A stretch of DNA of 64,000 nt. Source: Phoronis australis. Its lineage: Eukaryota; Animalia; Phoronida. The first letter of the stretch is position 1, and every line of letters begins with the position of its first letter. The notes beneath the pieces were generated by a model. That model was not told the DNA's origin and did no database searches. It saw nothing but the letters and a program-made list of their open reading frames with translations. Below are positions 63,318-64,000 of this stretch, piece by piece. The stretch is from assembly GCA_002633005.1 (NCBI GenBank), contig NMRA01000244.1:106976-170975 (forward strand). The letters run 5' to 3'. Made by a program: the position numbers and the translations under genes.

Positions 63318-64000
63318 CATAGCCGCCATAGCAACTGGATTCTACCCTCAAAAGACTTGTGGATGATGTAAATCGACATGATATTTGTTGACATGGGACA
63401 ACCCATAGACATCACATAGACCGGGCGCGCTTCTTAGATACATGCAGCTCGCGTTGTCAATACGACGCCATATTGGAAAGTGTTACACAGGACAAAAATG
63501 GCGGTAAACACGCCATCAGTCATAAAATCGGCGGGCTCGCAGTGCTATGCTTGCAGCCAAAGAGTTAAGTTTTTTGGTCCTGCCTTTGAGTCATGGGTTT
63601 TTTGGTTCGGCCATGGAGTCTAGAGGTGCTGCCGCTAGGTTTTTATGTTCTCCCACTATAGTTTAAGTGGAGCGATTTTGCGTCGGTTCCACATCAGTCT
63701 TGTTGATTGAGACCATATAAGATCAATTAAAAGATAATTATTGACCAGCATATGCTGTTATCCAATGATGATGCTGTTTGTTAATAGTACTAAGTAAATA
63801 TTTGGTATCAATGCCAATCATATGTATTTTTGCTTGTTCTGAAAAATAACATCGGCCCGAACCTAGCCAGCCAGCTAGCTATATGAAGACAGTCGTCAAA
63901 ATACAGCTAGGTACCACTCTGTATATAATGTTTGAACATAAATCAATGACATTTCTGAATTCCCATCAAATACTGGTCATGATTAAAGTTATTGAATCAC

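Noticed and set aside
1-64000. Most ORFs in the supplied six-frame track, and any prokaryotic-type system (operon, CRISPR, defence island)
   Set aside because: The DNA is spliceosomal-intron eukaryotic sequence. The ORFs are short, often start at non-ATG codons and lack domains, except where they overlap real exons or transposons.

Overview
This is AT-rich, intron-containing animal genomic DNA, not prokaryotic, so the ORF track is mostly noise. A marine invertebrate source (lophotrochozoan-like) is inferred only. By reading splice sites and exon phases by hand I reconstructed four genes. (1) A complete 3-exon MIF gene (+, 748-3088). (2) A complete 5-exon secreted PAN/apple + fibrinogen-related domain (FReD) gene (-, 11430-31870). 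(3) A complete 8-exon gene (-, 36994-44304) predicted to encode signal peptide + EPN/WND C-type lectin domain + full sigma-class glutathione S-transferase in one 369-aa frame; I know of no described equivalent, and this is the main candidate novelty. (4) The 3' part of a voltage-gated Ca-channel alpha2delta (CACNA2D3/4-like) gene (-, 47573 to beyond 62608), with an AT-AC U12 intron and a probable pair of mutually exclusive exons. There is also an orphan, still in-frame duplicate of the last GST exon and 3'UTR (about 4148-4905). Transposon remnants are numerous: LINE pieces, Penelope elements with hammerhead-like motifs, a THAP-bearing Kolobok-like element, a Harbinger-like element and other MITEs. 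All gene models are manual predictions with no transcript evidence.
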